From Gemmatimonadota bacterium (lineage in GTDB: Bacteria; Latescibacterota; UBA2968; UBA8231), in the NCBI GenBank assembly GCA_038153405.1, contig JAYOYH010000018.1:45980-90868 (forward strand): a DNA stretch of 44,889 bases. The letters run 5' to 3'. The stretch's first letter is position 1, and the number at the start of each line of letters is the position of its first letter. Under the pieces are notes generated by a model. That model was not told the DNA's origin and made no database searches. It saw only the letters and a program-made list of their open reading frames with translations. Of the stretch, positions 8,273 to 18,146 are shown piece after piece. A program made the position numbers and the translations under genes.

Positions 8273-8746
8273 ATGATACTCAACTTTAGCTGGCTACTGC
8301 CCGACGAAATCGCCGGATCTGGGCAAATTGGCGGATGGGGCAGCTACAGCGATGAAATATTGGGTGAGGATCTGCGCAGCCTGAAGGAATGCGGTATAGG
8401 CGCTGTTGTCTCGCTTACGGAAGAGCCCTTGGATAAGAGGGCCGTCGAAAGCCACCAATTGCACTACCTACACCTTCCCATTCGCGATATGGCGCCACCG
8501 TCTCTGGAAGAAGTCGGTGAGTTCCTGTCGTTTTCTTGCGACTGGATAGATCGGGGGGTTCCGGTCTTAGTGCACTGCAGTGCGGGATTGGGGCGCACGG
8601 GAACGATGTTGGGTTGTTTTTTGGTGCACAGGGGGTACGAGCCGTTGAAGGCGATAATGAAAGTCCGCGGCGAGCGCCCCGGGTCGATAGAGACAGAGGC
8701 ACAGGAAATAACAATATTTGAATACGCAGCTCATTTTAGTGGTTAG
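8273..8746 (+). CDS. Dual-specificity (CX5R) protein phosphatase, DUSP23-like
   Basis: NFSW N-terminus, general-acid loop PIRDMAPP, P-loop VHCSAGLGRTG, RPGSIETEAQ. Confidence 0.9.
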   Translation: MILNFSWLLPDEIAGSGQIGGWGSYSDEILGEDLRSLKECGIGAVVSLTEEPLDKRAVESHQLHYLHLPIRDMAPPSLEEVGEFLSFSCDWIDRGVPVLVHCSAGLGRTGTMLGCFLVHRGYEPLKAIMKVRGERPGSIETEAQEITIFEYAAHFSG

Positions 8747-8753
8747 AGATTGG

Positions 8754-8782
8754 TTGACAGAGGGCTATTGGCATTCTACATT
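8754..8782 (+). promoter_or_regulatory. sigma70-type promoter for the Zn-ribbon microprotein gene
   Basis: TTGACA (8754-8759), 17 bp, TACATT (8777-8782). Confidence 0.7.
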
Positions 8783-8874
8783 CTTGTTTAAAGATAGCAC
8801 AATTGTAAGTCTCGCTGGTACTTGCGTGGACCCGTCCACATTACCTGAACCATTTAAAGGGAGGGGAGGAAAGG

Positions 8875-9069
8875 ATGGATATTAGCAACTTTCCGTCATG
8901 CCTGAAGTGTTCAGAGGGGGTTTTAGTGCCCTTGTCGGACTATGGAAGAGATGGTGCAGCCATTCACTATAAAGCATGGGCGTGCACCAACCCGCAGTGC
9001 GGTTACCACTTGAGAATCGATAACGGAGAGCTGAGTATCGGCAAAGAGCTTAAAGAGTCGTATAAATAG
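8875..9069 (+). CDS. Small Zn-ribbon-like hypothetical protein (64 aa)
   Basis: CLKC...CTNPQC cysteine pairs; purine-rich RBS (GGAGGAAAGG); own promoter and terminator. Confidence 0.75.
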   Translation: MDISNFPSCLKCSEGVLVPLSDYGRDGAAIHYKAWACTNPQCGYHLRIDNGELSIGKELKESYK

Positions 9070-9145
9070 TCTATTTTTCGAACGGGCCAACGGGATAAAA
9101 AAGCGCCAGCCATTCCGATTGCCTTAGGACGACATACCGCGTTAT

Positions 9146-9176
9146 AGAAGAGGCTCCTCCGGGAGCCTTTTCTTCT
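9146..9176 (+). terminator. Intrinsic terminator
   Basis: AGAAGAGGCTCC-TCCG-GGAGCCTTTTCT with a pyrimidine tail. Confidence 0.7.
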
Positions 9177-9196
9177 CTACAAGGTCTATAGCAGGG

Positions 9197-10126
9197 ATGA
9201 ATATTGGTGATTGGGGCATAAAGTTGGGTGCCGTTTTGTTGGCATGCTTTTTATGGTTCCACGCCGTTACGGAGCATTCCTACACAGAGGAAGTTTCCAT
9301 TCGTCTCATTGTCGAAGACCCTCCCCTTGTAGATAATGTGCTCCAGCAGGCGCTGATTGCCAACGAAGTGCCCGATCAGGTCCGCGTTCTCATTTCCGGT
9401 CGCGGCAAAGATTTGCTGCAACGGCAAGAAGAAGACTTCGTGTTGCGGTTGCGCACCGAAGGCGAGATCGCCACCCGCCGCACGTACAGGCTGCAGCTGG
9501 CCCAGATAGAACAGCGAACGCCCGATACCGGTATACAGGTCGAAGAAATCGTAGCGCCCACGGAATTGGAAATCGAGTTCGACCGGCGCGTCGAGAGGGA
9601 ACTGCCGGTTCGCGCCGCCGTCGATTTGCGCATTGCCCCCGCTCACGTGCTGGTTGGATCGCTCTTTGTCGCACCGCGCGTCGTGCGCGTGGTAGGGCCA
9701 AAGAGCGTTCTCGATACAATGCTCTTTATAGCGACCGATACGCTTCACCTTACCGATGTGAGAGAAGATATTGACCACGTCGTCGACTTGCACAGTGTGC
9801 AGGGAGAACGCCTGACTATGGGACAGCGCACCGTGCGCGTGCGGGCCGATATACAGATTCTTGCCGAGAACGACATTGCGAACGTACCGGTTGAAATTGT
9901 GAACGCGGAAGGCCGCATCCTACGCGCAGATCCAGAGCGCGTAACGGTGAAGGTGCGCGGCGGCGTCGATGTCGTTTCGAGCATTGATCCGCAAAGTGAT
10001 ATAAGCGTTTACATCGACTTTAACCAATTCCAAAATGGCAACTTCGCGCTGCAAAAAGGCGATGCCAAGGCCCATTTTGAAATTCTCGAAATCATTCCTG
10101 CCCAAGTAAACGTAGTCTCTCGCTAG
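9197..10126 (+). CDS. YbbR/CdaR-like membrane-anchored protein
   Basis: N-terminal TM (KLGAVLLACFLWFHAV); three YbbR-like repeats (PDQVRVLISG, PRVVRVVGP, PERVTVKVRG). Confidence 0.8.
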   Translation: MNIGDWGIKLGAVLLACFLWFHAVTEHSYTEEVSIRLIVEDPPLVDNVLQQALIANEVPDQVRVLISGRGKDLLQRQEEDFVLRLRTEGEIATRRTYRLQLAQIEQRTPDTGIQVEEIVAPTELEIEFDRRVERELPVRAAVDLRIAPAHVLVGSLFVAPRVVRVVGPKSVLDTMLFIATDTLHLTDVREDIDHVVDLHSVQGERLTMGQRTVRVRADIQILAENDIANVPVEIVNAEGRILRADPERVTVKVRGGVDVVSSIDPQSDISVYIDFNQFQNGNFALQKGDAKAHFEILEIIPAQVNVVSR

Positions 10127-10132
10127 GAGCAT

Positions 10133-11146
10133 ATGTTAGTTCTCAGCATCGAATCTTCGTGTGACGAAACATCGGCGGCTATCGTAGGCGACAACTTTGC
10201 CGTGAAGTCCAATATTGTGTTTTCACAGCAGGATCATGCGCCCTATGGCGGCGTCGTGCCCGAACTGGCTTCGCGCGCGCATATGCGTGCAATGACAGCT
10301 ACCGTTCGCCACGCCTTGCGCCACGCAGAAGTCGATTGGACCGATCTCGACGGCATTGCCGTCACGCGCGGCCCCGGCCTGGTCGGCTCGCTGATTGTTG
10401 GCGTCTCGGTTGCCAAGGGCATTGCCCTTGCATGCAACAAGCCACTTGTCGGCGTGCATCATTTGGAAGGCCATATATTTTCCAACCTCATCGAGCACGA
10501 CATCGCGCCGCCCTTTCTGACGCTCTTGGTATCCGGCGGACATACCGAACTGATCCTCGTAAAGGAGCTCGGCATCTACGAGTTGGTTGGGCGCACGCGC
10601 GACGATGCGGCAGGTGAAGCGTTTGACAAAGTGGCTAAGCTGCTGGGCCTATTGCCCAAAGAAGGCTCTATTGCCGGTGGCCGCATTGTCTCCGACTTGG
10701 CAAAGGGGGGCGATCCGCAGGCGATCCATTTTCCGCGCGCTTTAGAGGGCGAATGTGACTTTAGCTTCAGCGGTTTGAAAACCTCCGTCTTAAACCATGT
10801 GCGCAAGCTGAGCGATGACGAAAGGGCGGCATCAATGGCCGATATTGCCGCCAGTTTTCAGGCGGCCGTGGTCGATGCTTTGATCGGTAAGACCGTTGGC
10901 GTAATCGAGAGCGGAGCCATCGACATCAATGCCGTCTGTTTGGCCGGAGGGGTCGCGGCCAACCAGTGCTTGCGCGAGGGACTCAAGGCGAGCGTGGAGG
11001 GCCTCGGCCTGCCGTTTCACTGTCCTTCCATACAATACTGCACGGACAACGCCGCGATGATCGGAGCGGTTGGAGTACATCGTCTGGGACGGGGCGAGGT
11101 TGACGACTTCGCGCTAGATGCCGTTCCGCGAATGAGTTTGTGTTGA
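10133..11146 (+). CDS. tsaD: tRNA threonylcarbamoyladenosine transferase TsaD
   Basis: IESSCDET, GGVVPELASRAH, HHLEGH, LVSGGHT, DDAAGEAFDK, FSFSGLK, GGVAAN, TDNAAMI. Confidence 0.97.
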   Translation: MLVLSIESSCDETSAAIVGDNFAVKSNIVFSQQDHAPYGGVVPELASRAHMRAMTATVRHALRHAEVDWTDLDGIAVTRGPGLVGSLIVGVSVAKGIALACNKPLVGVHHLEGHIFSNLIEHDIAPPFLTLLVSGGHTELILVKELGIYELVGRTRDDAAGEAFDKVAKLLGLLPKEGSIAGGRIVSDLAKGGDPQAIHFPRALEGECDFSFSGLKTSVLNHVRKLSDDERAASMADIAASFQAAVVDALIGKTVGVIESGAIDINAVCLAGGVAANQCLREGLKASVEGLGLPFHCPSIQYCTDNAAMIGAVGVHRLGRGEVDDFALDAVPRMSLC

Positions 11147-13287
11147 GCGAACCCCATTCAGGGCTTGAACCCAGCCTCTATTTTGCAGGTAGCGGCCTCT
11201 TTCTTCTCGTGCTCCCGCCGCTATGTGTATTTGTATATCACACGTACAAGCGCACGCATCCAGAAGTTGCCAACGCGTGGTTTTGGTCGCTGGTCGCGTT
11301 GCGCAGCACGGCTTTTGCGCTGCTGGTTGCCCTGTTGGCAGAGCCAATCGTCGAGTTCTGGAACAAGCGCGTTGAGAATCCCCGCCTGCTCGTACTCGTC
11401 GATACCAGTCATAGCATGGGCGTATTGGATGGCGACAGCACGCGCTTTGCCCAGGTGCAGTCCTTTCTCAGCCAGAGCGTCTGGGTCGAGGGCACGGAAA
11501 ACGTCGACGTGCAGTACTGGGCCTTTGCCCACAGCGCGTACTCGTTTGCTGCAGAGGCGATCGGCACGCTGCAGCCGGGCGGGCTTTCTACTAATATCGG
11601 CGGCGCTATTGAGGAAATTGCCCAGCATATAGGAGGGTTGGGCAGCGTACAGGGTTTGCTGTTGCTCAGCGACGGTGCGCACAATCTGGGCCTGGATCCC
11701 ATAAAAGTGGTGGAGGAGCAAAAGGTTCCGATCTATTCTCTGGTTGTGGGAGGCGAGGAGCAGCCCGCAGATGTGCAAATCGTGGATGCGCGCGTGGAGG
11801 GCAACGGCTATGTAGGTAAAGCGCTGACCATTAGAGCGAAACTGAGTAACCAGGGATACGCCAGTGCCCGCGCGATGCTCTATCTATACGATGGCCAGCG
11901 AGAGTTGGAGCGCAGGGAAATTGACCTGAAGCTCGGGGCGCAGATGGTGCAGCTGTCTGCGGTGCCACAAACCCCCGGTCCCCATATATACCGGCTGCGC
12001 GTCGATCCACTGCCTGGTGAACTGACGCGCGATAACAACGAGACGTTGGTCTTTACCCGCGTTTTAGAGGAGCGCGTGCGCGTCGTCGTCGTCGCCAATA
12101 GGCCGAGCAGTGAACTGGGATTTTTATACCGCAATTTGGCGGCTGATTCCACCCTTAGCGTGGCCGTCGTTACCAGGAAAGACGACGATGCGACCTACTC
12201 GGGGGCGTGGAACTATACGGCGATAGAACAGGCCGATGTGCTGGTGCTGCTGGGATACGACGATGCCATGTGGCAGGGAAGCGCCGGTGCCAAACTGCGC
12301 CAGCAGGTGAGCGACGGTATGGGGCTGCTGTTGGTTGGGGAACCCGCGATGGGCGACCGCTGGTCGCGCGCCTATGCCCTTGACGTGCTGTTACCCATCG
12401 CCCTGCAAGCGGCGCCCTTTACCGAGCGTGCCACCCGCTTGCGCATAGGCATGCGCGGCGCCAATCATCCGATTGTGCGTTTGGCGGTTGAACAGGAGAT
12501 CGACCCGTGGACGCAGCTACCGCCGCTGACGGGTTTTTTCCCCGTTGAGGGGCTACGGCAGGGCGCGCTTGCGCTGGTTGAGAGCAGCGAGGGACGGCCC
12601 ATTGTCGCGTCGGGCGTATACGGCAGGGGCAAGACGCTCGCTGCGCTATCGCACTCCTTTTGGCGCTTGGACCTGCTGAGCAGCGGTGTTTCGGGCAATC
12701 CACAGACCATTCGCCAGTTTTGGCGCCATGCCGTGCGCTGGCTGGCAACGCGCAGTCCCGTAGGACGCGTGCGGGCGTCGACCGAGCGCTACGTTTACCG
12801 CGCTGGGTATCCCGTCCTATTTACCTGCCAGGTATTTGACGAACTGCTACAACCGCAGGAAGGCTGCGCGGTCAATATCGAGTTGAGCAACGGCGATGCC
12901 GTAGCGATGCAGGATCAGGGAGGCGGTTTTTACGGAGGTGAGTTTAGCGGCCTATCTGCCGGAGACTACAGCTATGTCGTAGGGGCCGAATGCGAAGGAG
13001 CGTCGGTCGGAAGCGATAGGGGCGACTTTATCGTTGACAAGCACAGCGTGGAGTGGGCCGACGTGCGTGCCAATAGAGCCCTGTTGGAACAGCTTGCCCA
13101 CGCGAGTGGCGGCATGGTGCTGGGTATCAAAGACGGGACAGAACTGCTGCGCAATTGGCCGCTAAAGCAAACGCTCGTAGAGGATAAGCAAGCCGTGCAC
13201 TTTTGGGGCGGCCTGACACCGCTGGTCCTAGTCGCTCTCGCCCTCGCCGCCGAGTGGATTCTGCGCAAGCGCTTGGGGATGCTATAA
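11140..13287 (+). CDS. vWA-domain membrane protein with Ig-like and glutamine-amidotransferase-like domains
   Basis: Two N-terminal TMs; MIDAS DTSHS...T...SDG; DNN-ending Ig domain; C-terminal TM ending AEWILRKRLGML. Confidence 0.75.
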   Translation: MLSEPHSGLEPSLYFAGSGLFLLVLPPLCVFVYHTYKRTHPEVANAWFWSLVALRSTAFALLVALLAEPIVEFWNKRVENPRLLVLVDTSHSMGVLDGDSTRFAQVQSFLSQSVWVEGTENVDVQYWAFAHSAYSFAAEAIGTLQPGGLSTNIGGAIEEIAQHIGGLGSVQGLLLLSDGAHNLGLDPIKVVEEQKVPIYSLVVGGEEQPADVQIVDARVEGNGYVGKALTIRAKLSNQGYASARAMLYLYDGQRELERREIDLKLGAQMVQLSAVPQTPGPHIYRLRVDPLPGELTRDNNETLVFTRVLEERVRVVVVANRPSSELGFLYRNLAADSTLSVAVVTRKDDDATYSGAWNYTAIEQADVLVLLGYDDAMWQGSAGAKLRQQVSDGMGLLLVGEPAMGDRWSRAYALDVLLPIALQAAPFTERATRLRIGMRGANHPIVRLAVEQEIDPWTQLPPLTGFFPVEGLRQGALALVESSEGRPIVASGVYGRGKTLAALSHSFWRLDLLSSGVSGNPQTIRQFWRHAVRWLATRSPVGRVRASTERYVYRAGYPVLFTCQVFDELLQPQEGCAVNIELSNGDAVAMQDQGGGFYGGEFSGLSAGDYSYVVGAECEGASVGSDRGDFIVDKHSVEWADVRANRALLEQLAHASGGMVLGIKDGTELLRNWPLKQTLVEDKQAVHFWGGLTPLVLVALALAAEWILRKRLGML

Positions 13288-13437
13288 GCGGTAACGGCTC
13301 CGAGTAACCGCGTGCAAAAAGCGTTAATATTGCTTACTATATATGGGTAACTCTCCTATCTAGCTTCTCACAGTTTGACCCCACATCTCCTGAGTTAACT
13401 CCCCGTTTTTTTTACGCTAGCGTGGAGCAAGCGGCAC

Positions 13438-15783
13438 ATGTCCGAACTGTTCGGTCGTTATATCAATGGACACAGGCTTGTACAAGCTGTCGGGATCTTG
13501 TTGATCGGTGTAGGTCTGTTTTTAGTCATCAGCTTTGTGTCCCACTCTTCACTGGACTATCCCAACTCGAGTCGCGCAGCGAACAGCGATTTTAACTGGG
13601 GCGGGCGCATTGGTGCCTACGTCTCATATATAGCGCTGTTGGCGATGGGAATTGCCGCCTATATATGGCCTGTCCTCCTGCTGTTCTGGGGGGTCAACGC
13701 GCTGCGCAACGAGCCGCTTGTTCACGTAGTTGCTCGCAGCATAGGCCTGTTGGGCATGGCGCTGCTGTTCAGCATTGGAGCGGGTCTGCCCTCCTACTCA
13801 TCGTATGTGGCCTTTAAACTGGGGGGTATGCTGGGTACCCAGTTGAGCAGCCTGCTGTTAATACCCTATATGGGGCGAGTCGGTGCGGCGGTGGTGCTCT
13901 GCGCGCTCTTTCTGGCGGCCCTCGTGCTGACGACAGATCTCAATTTGCGGCCTCTGGCACGGGCGGCTTCTGCCGGGGGACGCGCTGGTCTCCAACTGGC
14001 GGGTGCGCTGAGCGCGCTGCCGGGGCATGGTCTGCACAGGTGGCGTCGCTGGCGCATCGTGCGCGCCGAAAAGAGGGCGCTGCGCGGCCAAGAAGACCGC
14101 GAGGAGGAAGAAGAAGATCGCGAAGAAGAAGTGGAAGAGGCGATGGAACCGGCCATTGAACGCGCGGTGGACCAGCCAGCAGTTGAAGACGTCGCTCCGG
14201 TCGTGATTAAAGAAAAAGTCGCTGATGTGGAACGCTCGGTTCCGGTGGATGCGGACGTCGTCCGCGAGGAGGCCAAGCGCCCCGTCGAGCCGCCTGCTGC
14301 CGTCAGCGTTGCCCCTGCGGTCAAAAAGGCGAGAGGACGCTACAAAGCGCCCAAAATTTCTCTGCTCGACGAGGTGCCGTCGGGCAGCCACAGCGTCGAT
14401 CGAGATCTGCTGTTGGACAATGCGCGCAAGCTGGAAGAAGCGCTGGCCAACTTCGACGTGGCTGGCAAGGTCGTAGAAGTTAGCCCCGGTCCCGTGGTCA
14501 CGCGCTACGAAGTCGAGCCGGCCGCCGGCGTAAAAGTAAATCGCATCGTTACGCTATCCGACGATTTGGCGCGCATTATGAGCGCAAAGGGCATTCGCAT
14601 CCAGGCGCCCGTGCCTGGAAAATCGGTGGTCGGCGTTGAGATTGCCAACCAGGACCGCGAGACGGTATACCTGCGCGAAATATTGGAGGCAAAGGAGTTC
14701 CGCCGCGCAGAGTCGACGCTGACTATGGCGCTGGGAAAGACAATTGCCGGAGAGCCCTACGTAGCAGACCTAGCCAAAATGCCCCACCTATTGGTAGCTG
14801 GAGCAACGGGTGCCGGTAAGAGCGTATGTATAAACTGCTTGATATGCAGCATTTTGTTCAAGGCCACGCCCGAAGAAGTCCGCTTTCTAATGGTCGATCC
14901 CAAAGTGGTAGAATTGACCATCTACAACGATATCCCCCACCTGCTCGTTCCGGTAATAACCGAACCCAAAAAAGCATCGGAAGCGCTCAAGTGGGCGGTC
15001 GCCGAGATGGAGGTGCGCTACCAGAAGTTGGCCAAGCTCGGCGTGCGCAATTTGGCCGACTACAATCGCAAGTTGGAACGCGTCAACGCCGAGGCGGAGG
15101 AAGATGGTGTTGTAGCGGAGAAGTCGATGCCGTACATCGTCGTCGTCATCGACGAGTTTGCCGATCTAATGCTTACGGCCCCGGCCGACGTAGAAACGTC
15201 GCTGATGAGCTTGGCGCAGAAATCGCGCGCCGTGGGTATACATATCATACTGGCGACGCAGCGCCCGTCGGTCAACGTGATCACCGGAGTGATCAAAGCT
15301 AATTTTCCTTCGCGCATTGCATTCCAAGTCGCTTCCAAGACCGATTCGCGAACGATATTGGATCTCAACGGTGCCGAAGCGCTGCTGGGGCGCGGCGATA
15401 TGCTCTTTCTACCCGGCGGACAGGGGGAACCCATCCGCGTGCATGGAGCGTTCTTATCAGGGGAGGAAACGGAGCGCATGGTCGAGTCGATCAAGGCGGC
15501 CGACTATCAGCCCGAAGAAGTCGCGATATTTTCAGAGCATGCCGATATTAACGTGCCTACAAATGACCGCGACGAATTATTTGACGAGGCGGTTCAGATC
15601 GTCCTTGGCGCGCAGCAGGCCTCGACCTCTTTTCTGCAGCGCCGCATGAAAGTGGGCTATTCGCGTGCTGCTCGCCTTATGGACGAGTTGGAAAATGCGG
15701 GGGTTGTCGGTCCTGCAGAAGGGGCAAAACCGCGCCAAATTTTGCTTGAAAATGTAGAAGAATCGACCGGAGAAGGGATATAG
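13438..15783 (+). CDS. ftsK: DNA translocase FtsK
   Basis: N-terminal TMs; GPVVTRYE; PHLLVAGATGAGKS; DEFADLM; ATQRPSV; gamma domain LQRRMKVGYSRAARLMD. Confidence 0.97.
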   Translation: MSELFGRYINGHRLVQAVGILLIGVGLFLVISFVSHSSLDYPNSSRAANSDFNWGGRIGAYVSYIALLAMGIAAYIWPVLLLFWGVNALRNEPLVHVVARSIGLLGMALLFSIGAGLPSYSSYVAFKLGGMLGTQLSSLLLIPYMGRVGAAVVLCALFLAALVLTTDLNLRPLARAASAGGRAGLQLAGALSALPGHGLHRWRRWRIVRAEKRALRGQEDREEEEEDREEEVEEAMEPAIERAVDQPAVEDVAPVVIKEKVADVERSVPVDADVVREEAKRPVEPPAAVSVAPAVKKARGRYKAPKISLLDEVPSGSHSVDRDLLLDNARKLEEALANFDVAGKVVEVSPGPVVTRYEVEPAAGVKVNRIVTLSDDLARIMSAKGIRIQAPVPGKSVVGVEIANQDRETVYLREILEAKEFRRAESTLTMALGKTIAGEPYVADLAKMPHLLVAGATGAGKSVCINCLICSILFKATPEEVRFLMVDPKVVELTIYNDIPHLLVPVITEPKKASEALKWAVAEMEVRYQKLAKLGVRNLADYNRKLERVNAEAEEDGVVAEKSMPYIVVVIDEFADLMLTAPADVETSLMSLAQKSRAVGIHIILATQRPSVNVITGVIKANFPSRIAFQVASKTDSRTILDLNGAEALLGRGDMLFLPGGQGEPIRVHGAFLSGEETERMVESIKAADYQPEEVAIFSEHADINVPTNDRDELFDEAVQIVLGAQQASTSFLQRRMKVGYSRAARLMDELENAGVVGPAEGAKPRQILLENVEESTGEGI

Positions 15784-15787
15784 TACA

Positions 15788-16450
15788 ATGCCAAGATGCC
15801 ATGTGCTCGTAGCCGCGTTTATCGCTGTGTGCTACGCGTCGGCGGCAGCGGCGATCACCGGCGGCGAGATCGTCGAAAAGGTGCAGGAAAAGCTCGAGGA
15901 GTACAAGTCCTTTTCCGCCGAGTTCGAAAAACAGTTTTACTGGGCGGCCTTGGACAAGAGTCGCAGCCGGTCTGGCAAGCTGTACATGCGCAGTCCCAAC
16001 CGCTTTCGCGTAGAACTGGACAACGGCGATGCCGTAGTGGCCAACGGCGAGACGATGTGGTCGTATGCAGCGCGAAACAAGCAGGTGGTGATCAGCCCCT
16101 ACGAAGGTGAGTTGCGCACGCCCTGGCAGGTTTTTGTCGATTACTCTGCCAACTACGTTCCACTCGCAGTGGAAGAGACCAAGCTAAACGGACGCTCGTG
16201 CTATATGCTGGTTCTCAAGCCGACTGGCGAAGCCTATGCCGGTTCAAAAAAACAGATGAAGGTCTGGGTGGATAGAAAGAAGTGGTGGTTGCTACAGGTA
16301 GAGACGCTAGAGGATAACCAAGACGTAACGACATACATACTCAAAGACCACAAAGAGAACAAGAAAATTGACGACGAGGTATTTGCTTTCCAACTGCCCA
16401 AGGGCGTAGACGTCGTCGACCGTCGACAGCCGGCTCGCGATGGCCATTAG
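15788..16450 (+). CDS. lolA: Outer-membrane lipoprotein carrier LolA
   Basis: Signal peptide; AEFEKQ, GKLYMRSPNRFR, VANGETMWSY, FAFQLPKGVDVVD; ftsK-lolA gene order. Confidence 0.85.
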   Translation: MPRCHVLVAAFIAVCYASAAAAITGGEIVEKVQEKLEEYKSFSAEFEKQFYWAALDKSRSRSGKLYMRSPNRFRVELDNGDAVVANGETMWSYAARNKQVVISPYEGELRTPWQVFVDYSANYVPLAVEETKLNGRSCYMLVLKPTGEAYAGSKKQMKVWVDRKKWWLLQVETLEDNQDVTTYILKDHKENKKIDDEVFAFQLPKGVDVVDRRQPARDGH

Positions 16451-18136
16451 ATGAGTGGCGGGGCAATGCCGTGGGTTGGGTGGATATGGATAGCGACGGC
16501 CGTAATCGGCATTGAACAGGCCGCCGGGTCTGCGCGCGGCGACGTATGGGTTTTTCTGCGCGACAAAAAGGACGAACACGGTCGAGTTATCGCGTGGAAC
16601 GATAGCGGCAAAGAGCTGTCGGCCACGGAGTGGGACTTGCCCATTCGAGATGACTACGTGCGGCGCGTGCGCGCTACGGGAGCCCAACTGCGCACCCGTT
16701 CACTCTGGCTCAATGCGATAAGCGTTCGCGCTACGCCGGACCAGCAGCGGCGTCTGCGCGCGCTGGACTTTGTCGAGTCGCTGCGACGCGTGCGCACATT
16801 GGCCAAACCCGTACCCGCTGCGGAGTCGGCATTGCCTTCTGCGCGCCGGGCTCAGCAAGATGACTACGGGGTGGCTTTTGAACAATTCGCACAGGCCGAG
16901 GTGATCCCGCTGCACCAGATGGGATACAGGGGAGCCGGCGTTCGCATTGCCGTTCTTGACAACGGGTTTCACTATACCCATCACAGGGCATTCGCGCGGC
17001 TCAATATCGTTGCTCAGCGCGACTTTATCAACGAAGACGAGGTCGTCAGCGACGAGATCGGTCAGCCGCGCACCGGCGACGAAACCCGCACCGCCCAGAA
17101 CCTGCACGGCGCACAGGTGCTGTCTATTATGGCGGCCAACGATCCTGGCCGCTTTATCGGCGTCGCGCCCGATGCAGAATACATACTAGCTAAAACAGAA
17201 GAAAATGCGACGGAACTTCCCGTCGAAGAGGATCGCTGGATTGCCGGCTTAGAATGGTCGGTCGGTCAGGGAGCCGATGTCGTCAATAGCTCTCTGGGTT
17301 ACAACATATGGGATACCGGCGATAGCTATGAATATGCCGACCTCGATGGGCGCACGGCGCTGACGTCGGTTGCCGCGGCGATGGCTGCGCAGCGCGGCGT
17401 CGTCGTAGTCGTTGCTGCGGGTAACGAAGCCGACACGCCCTGGCACTATATAACGGCTCCTGCTGATGCAGATGGCGTCATCGCCGTCGGATCGGTCGAC
17501 GTGGCGATGGTAGATGGTCGAACGCCAACGATTGCCAGCACGAGTTCGCGTGGACCGACCGCGGATGGGCGCATCAAACCCGACGTCGTCGCACCGGGAC
17601 AGGGCGTGGTCGTTGCCGATGTGCGCGGCGGCGACTACCGGCGCTCGAGCGGAACGTCGTTTGCCGCACCCGTAGTGAGCGGCATTTGCGCGCTGCTCTT
17701 ACAGATCCATCCAGATTGGCAGCCAAAAGACGTGCTGGCTGCACTGCAGGCGACCGCATTGGATCTCGGTGAGGCCGGAGCGGATACAGTATACGGTTGG
17801 GGGCATGTCCAGGCGCTGGCCGCTAGCGGTTTGCGCCTAGCTCCACCCGAGCAGGCGGCGGCGCTTGCTCCATTTCCCAATCCCGCCCGGGGCGAGAGGG
17901 TGTACTTTCCTCTGCTGGTCGATCGGCGCGAAGAAGTCCAGTTGAGCGTTTTTGACGCGGCGGGCAACGTGGTATTTAGCCGCGTGTGGGATATGCTTTC
18001 GGGCACCTATACGGAAAAGAGCAATGCGCCCCGATGGAATATCGCTGCCGATGTGGCCAATGGGATGTATTTTTACCGGCTGTATTCTACCAGCGTCGAT
18101 AAGTCTGGTTCGCTGGCTATTGTCAGGAGTCGATAG
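16451..18136 (+). CDS. Secreted subtilisin-family (S8) serine protease with C-terminal sorting-like domain
   Basis: Triad VLDNG / HGAQV / GTSFAAP; oxyanion AAGNE; SSRGPTADGRIKPDV; C-terminal PFPNP...ANGMYFYRL. Confidence 0.9.
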   Translation: MSGGAMPWVGWIWIATAVIGIEQAAGSARGDVWVFLRDKKDEHGRVIAWNDSGKELSATEWDLPIRDDYVRRVRATGAQLRTRSLWLNAISVRATPDQQRRLRALDFVESLRRVRTLAKPVPAAESALPSARRAQQDDYGVAFEQFAQAEVIPLHQMGYRGAGVRIAVLDNGFHYTHHRAFARLNIVAQRDFINEDEVVSDEIGQPRTGDETRTAQNLHGAQVLSIMAANDPGRFIGVAPDAEYILAKTEENATELPVEEDRWIAGLEWSVGQGADVVNSSLGYNIWDTGDSYEYADLDGRTALTSVAAAMAAQRGVVVVVAAGNEADTPWHYITAPADADGVIAVGSVDVAMVDGRTPTIASTSSRGPTADGRIKPDVVAPGQGVVVADVRGGDYRRSSGTSFAAPVVSGICALLLQIHPDWQPKDVLAALQATALDLGEAGADTVYGWGHVQALAASGLRLAPPEQAAALAPFPNPARGERVYFPLLVDRREEVQLSVFDAAGNVVFSRVWDMLSGTYTEKSNAPRWNIAADVANGMYFYRLYSTSVDKSGSLAIVRSR

Positions 18137-18146
18137 TTGAATACAT

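Noticed and set aside
8273..8746. DSP phosphatase as the pArg phosphatase partnering McsB
   Set aside because: The known arginine phosphatase YwlE is LMW-PTP family, not DSP; the gene is 13 kb away and linked to moaDE.
14089..14150. Imperfect EDREEE repeat in ftsK
   Set aside because: An ordinary low-complexity FtsK linker.
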